A stretch of DNA of 26,235 bases from NCBI RefSeq assembly GCF_004010195.1, contig NC_057719.1, positions 16,541,929 through 16,568,163 on the forward strand, given 5' to 3'. The notes below the pieces were generated by a model. It was not told the DNA's origin. It saw only the letters and a program-made list of their open reading frames with translations, and did no database searches. A program made the position numbers and the translations under genes. The stretch is from Chiloscyllium plagiosum (taxonomy: Eukaryota). Shown one piece after another: positions 22,529-26,235 of this stretch (position 1 is its first letter; each line of letters starts with the position of its first letter).

Positions 22529-22635
22529 AGTCAAAATCTCACAAGTCAGTCAGTGAAAGCCTGATCAAGTGGTGGTTTTTCCTCTTTACTAGGTAGCTGC
22601 TTTGGTACTGAGCCAGAAACCTCAGCGTCCCAAAT
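22529..22635 (+). repeat. Left copy of an unclassified inverted repeat pair
   Basis: Aligns to the reverse complement of 24230-24338 with 8 substitutions and 2 indels. Confidence 0.9.
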
Positions 22636-23842
22636 TCAAACATGTCTCAGGTGGCTGACAGTAGCCAAATTGTGTCTCACTAACTTGAAGGAGTTTGTTT
22701 TTGAATAAATAGGGGTGTTATTGAGGATAATGCCTTCTGTAAAGCCGAAGTTGAAATAATATATGGAGCTCTACCATCTAGTTCGTGGTATCAAGTCAAG
22801 CTGGTGAGCAGCAGTGGGAGGAGTCTCAGGTGCAGAGCCTCAATACTGACTGGTTTGGTCAAATAGAGTTGTTTCTGAGCCATGCAGGCAGTTCTAACTT
22901 CCAAATACAATTGGATTTGGAACGTGTGCCAAATTTTAAAAACTTAGAAAATTTCAACCTGAGGTGAACCCATGACAAACCCATACTGGCTTCAGAGGAG
23001 GCGGGAAAGGAGCAAAGATTTTAGCTGCATTCCAGTTTTAACCAACCTGTTTTTTTTCCAGACCTTGGGAGGCACAGTAGTGTCCGGGAGGGAGGGAACA
23101 GCGTCCTGCTGGATTTCATAGTGTGTTCTGATGGTTGCTGAGCACAACTCCTCCCTAACCCCACTTAAACATTGAGCCAAAAATGTAATTCATTTCCACC
23201 TCTCGAGTAACTGCAACAGAGAATCCTTGATTTTGCTTTGCATGTTCTGAAAGGCGCTATACAAATATGAGATTGTTTTGTTGACATCTGCACTTGAAAT
23301 ACCAACTCTGCCCCTCCCACAGGTGCTGCCAGGGATCTGCTTATTATCCTCACAGCAAGACGATTGTTGGTTCCAAGGAAGAGAATTTTTAGAATTGTTT
23401 GTTTTGAGGGTTTTGTTTTTGTGTTCCTCCCTGTGTTCAATATGTTGCATGATATTTATAGTCCACCTTTTCACTCTCTTCACTGTGGTTCCTAAGGCAC
23501 CAACTGTTATCATGCTTAATCCATTCACAAAGTACTGTAGGGGTGGATGAGTCAGGCTAGTTGGCTCATTTTGCCTATTCACCTTGACAGAAAAATCAAA
23601 TAATTCCATTGTCACTGCCTCCAGGTGACCTAATTGGTCGAAGGCTTTCATTTCATTAAAGTAGTGAATAGTCCCTTTCTTTCTGACCAGCCCACCTTCC
23701 ACCGCGCCCTCCCCCCACACCTCCACTCTCCAAGAAAAATCACTTAATAGCTGCTTTCCAAAAGCAGAACGCCCAATGGAATTTATGTGATGCAGGTGAA
23801 AATTATACAGTGAATGTTCCTGCTAACACCTTGAGAGGAGCT

Positions 23843-23942
23843 ATTTTCTAATCAACATGTTATTATATTACAGATGCTTCTGGGTGGGACTTGGACCCAG
23901 GCTTCCTGGTTTAAAGGTAGAGATACTACCAGTGTACCACAG
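23843..23942 (-). mobile_element. Short tRNA-derived SINE remnant
   Basis: Minus strand TGTGGTACACTGGTAGTATCTCTACC...CCTGGGTCCAAGTCCCACC...GTTGATTAGAAAA. Confidence 0.6.
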
Positions 23943-24229
23943 AACTGGATGCTGAGACCGTTAGGTTGTTTGTGTTTAAACAGTGCAGTTCAAAGCCTGG
24001 TGTTTTAATGATGCAATAAACTGATTAGGGATTTTGCACTTGCATCAACAGAGTGGGAGGTTAATGCTGTTTTTTTTTGGCAATGAGAAACACAAAGCTA
24101 TAAACCTGCATTATCCTAACTGCTACAATTACATTCACCAATTGTAAATGAAAGACCTTCTTAAGGAGCAATTTTAACATTTATTTGAATCCGAATCCAA
24201 ATAAATCAATACCATATGCAAATTTTTAC

Positions 24230-24338
24230 ATTTGGGATGCTGAGGTTTCTGGCTTAGTACCAAATCAGCTATCTAGTAAAGAGGAAAAGCCAGCTCTTGA
24301 TCCTGAGGCTTTCATTGACTGATTGTGAGATTTTGACT
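24230..24338 (-). repeat. Right copy of the unclassified inverted repeat pair
   Basis: Reverse complement of 22529-22635; weaker CR1-tail-like similarity continues to about 24440. Confidence 0.9.
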
Positions 24339-24732
24339 TTCAGAGGAACACCTCAGGCCTGCTTCAACTTCAATTGATCATGGTTGATCTGTACCTCAAA
24401 TCCACTTACACACAGTTGTTATGTACCTCTTGAGATAGTTAATATATCATTCCATATTAACTGTCTCTCTCTTTCTCTGAGATTTATATTAAATCTGGGT
24501 CAGCAACATTGGGCTATTTTTAATGGTATAAAAAGCTGAGTTCAGTCATCAAGCCACAGAGAATAGAAGCAAGAAATTTAGGCTAAATCTTTAAAAATAA
24601 ATACTTGGCCTCAACTGGAGTGTTCGCTCATTTACTGGGCATTCTGCTTTTCAAAGGGAATCAAGACTTTGGAATGAATTTAGAGAATATTTAAGAGAAC
24701 AATGTTCACACTGAGGCATTTTGGTTTATGAA

Positions 24733-25140
24733 GAGATTGCAGAAGCTGTGAATGTGCTTGTTAGAGCTTAAGGTTAAGGGCAGATTAATAGTAATTGTTA
24801 AAAGGAGAAGTTTTGATAGAGTCGATTCTACTTTCAGTCACCACTTAGTTACTGGAGGAAATAAATTGGAGATAATAGCAAAAGAGCCAGAGATGGGGTG
24901 AGGAGGATTTTTTTGTGCATTGAGATGTGATCTGGAATGCATCACCTTGAAGAATGGCGAACGCAGATTCATCAGAAACTTGTTGAAGTGAATTGGGTCA
25001 TTAGTTGAAGGAGCCAAAACTTTGCAAAGCTATAGAGAGAGTAAAGTGGAACAGAATAACTTAAGATCTCTTATCAGGAGTCAGCACAGGCATGTTGGAA
25101 CGAATGGCCACCATCTGTTCTATGCTGCATCATTGAGATA
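24733..25140 (+). mobile_element. Old CR1-type LINE 3' fragment
   Basis: AGGTTAAGGGCAGATTAATAG, GATCTGGAATGCA, CACAGGCATGTTGGAACGAATGGCC follow the CR1 C-terminus and tail layout. Confidence 0.65.
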
Positions 25141-25376
25141 TTGGGGAGGATTGGGATTAGCATTTTTTGACATATTATATAATTGTCCTTTTCACTGTGC
25201 ACCAGTGCTGCTGGGGTGATTATGAAATCAATTGCACTAATCGTATTGTTCCGCCTCTATGATTTACAGTGAGTGCAGTGATTTACAACTGTTACTTTTC
25301 TGACCTGGATAAGCCAAAGTTGAAACTTTATTGCTGGAACAGCACAGCAGGTCAGGCAGCATCCAGGGAACAGGAG

Positions 25377-25412
25377 ATTCGACGTTTCGGGCACAGGCCC
25401 TTCTTCAGGAAT
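25377..25412 (-). ncRNA. Minimal type-I hammerhead ribozyme motif
   Basis: ATTC-CTGAAGA-A-GGGCctgtGCCC-GAA-ACGT-C|GAAT; stem I is ATTC/GAAT. Confidence 0.82.
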
Positions 25413-25587
25413 GAGCAGAGAGTGTTCAGCAGGAGAAGATAAAAGGTAGGGAGGAGGGACTTGGAGGAGGGGAGTTGGAAATGTGATAGGTGGAAAGAGG
25501 TCAAGGTGAGGGTGATAGGTCGGAGTAGGATGGAGGCGGAGAGGACAAGAAGAAGACTGCAGGACAGGAAGGCGGTGCCGGGCTGGA

Positions 25588-25992
25588 GGCCCCAAAGGAA
25601 ACTTCCATATCCGCCACAGATTCACCTGCACCTCCACCAACATCATCTACTGCATCCGCTGCAGCCGGTGTGGACTCCTCTATATTGGGGAGACAGGCCG
25701 CCTACTTGCGGAGCGATTCAGAGAGCACCTCTGGGCCACCCGGACGAACCAACCCAACCAACCTGTGGCACAGCATTTCAACTCCCCCTCCCACTCCACC
25801 GAGGATATGCAGGTCATTGGACTCATCCACCGCCAAACCACAACAACCCGACGGTCGGAGGAGGAGCGTCTTATCTTCCGACTGGGAACCCTCCAACCAA
25901 AGGGGATGAACTTGGACTTCACCAGTTTCTTCATCCCCCCTCCCCCCACCTTGTCTCAGCCGAATCCCTCCAGCCCGGCACCGCCCTCCTGA
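25588..25992 (+). pseudogene. Penelope-type GIY-YIG endonuclease domain (5'-truncated, no internal stop)
   Basis: One frame reads GPKGNFHIRHRFTCTSTNIIYCIRCSRCGLLYIGETGRLLAERFREHLW...VAQHFNSPSHS...RRSEEERLIFRLGTLQPKGMN: IIY/YIG motifs, R and E catalytic positions, CxxC and His residues, terminal GxN. The ORF track shows only the part from 25765. Confidence 0.92.
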
Positions 25993-26143
25993 CCTGCAGT
26001 CTTCTTCTTGACCTCTCCGCCCCCACCCTACTCCGACCTATCACCCTCACCTTGACCTCTTTCCACCTATCACATTTCCAACGCCCCTCCTCCAAGCCCC
26101 TCCTCCCTACCTTTTATCTTCTCCTGCTGAACACTCTCTGCTC

Positions 26144-26179
26144 ATTCCTGAAGAAGGGCATGTGCCCGAAACGTCGAAT
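26144..26179 (+). ncRNA. Minimal type-I hammerhead ribozyme motif
   Basis: ATTC-CTGAAGA-A-GGGCatgtGCCC-GAA-ACGT-C|GAAT; predicted cleavage after 26175; AATAAA at 26224-26229. Confidence 0.82.
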
Positions 26180-26235
26180 CTCCTTTTCCCTAGATGCTGT
26201 CTGACCTGCTGTGCTGTTCCAGCAATAAAGTTTCA

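Larger units (their letters stand above)
25315..26235 (+). mobile_element. 5'-truncated Penelope-like element with inverted pLTR (fold-back); runs to the window edge
   Basis: Ungapped inverted arms 25321-25589 and 25967-26235 (269 bp, 11 mismatches by eye), a GIY-YIG coding spacer, and a hammerhead plus AATAAA near each outer end. Confidence 0.95.

Noticed and set aside
3076..22556. Recurrent MDCGRKPEHPEETHAD / MAQWLALL peptides suggesting a gene family
   Set aside because: These are translations of HE1 SINE copies.
23040..23726. Splice-acceptor-like sites (about 23061, 23322) and a 178-aa minus ORF
   Set aside because: No recognisable protein, early stops, no convincing donor sites; cannot be supported from sequence alone.
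25461..26204. 247-aa ORF on + strand
   Set aside because: Off-frame relative to the GIY-YIG frame; a low-complexity product of GC-rich PLE sequence and its inverted arm.
25321..26235. DNA transposon or MITE interpretation of the long inverted repeats
   Set aside because: The arms are the PLE 3' end (ORF stop, UTR, hammerhead, AATAAA) and the spacer encodes GIY-YIG, not a DDE transposase.
1..26235. CRISPR array, prokaryotic operon or viral genes
   Set aside because: No regularly spaced repeat-spacer structure and no gene-dense coding; composition is vertebrate retroelement-rich DNA.

Overview
Eukaryotic, repeat-dense intronic or intergenic DNA from a cartilaginous fish. The assignment rests on HE1-type SINEs and their partner CR1 LINEs; a bamboo/carpet shark is my guess only. 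I recognise no host protein-coding exon, and nearly all ORF-track entries are retroelement-derived or spurious. Contents: (i) about 8 HE1-family tRNA-derived SINE copies or fragments, including a triple-nested stack at 3970-4941; (ii) a decayed CR1 LINE (5790-8600) with SGNH/GDSL-esterase ORF1 and APE/RT ORF2, containing an assembly gap, plus many older CR1/L2-type fragments and other SINEs; (iii) four Penelope-like element (PLE) insertions carrying five minimal type-I hammerhead motifs (three with an intact core, two decayed). The largest PLE is a fold-back unit at 25315-26235, with 269-bp inverted arms enclosing a stop-free GIY-YIG endonuclease frame. Unexplained signals are a ~108-bp inverted pair (22529-22635 / 24230-24338) whose transitions are all G-U compatible on one strand, and a 115-bp tandem duplication. 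All alignments were done by eye; family names come from recalled consensus features, not database searches.
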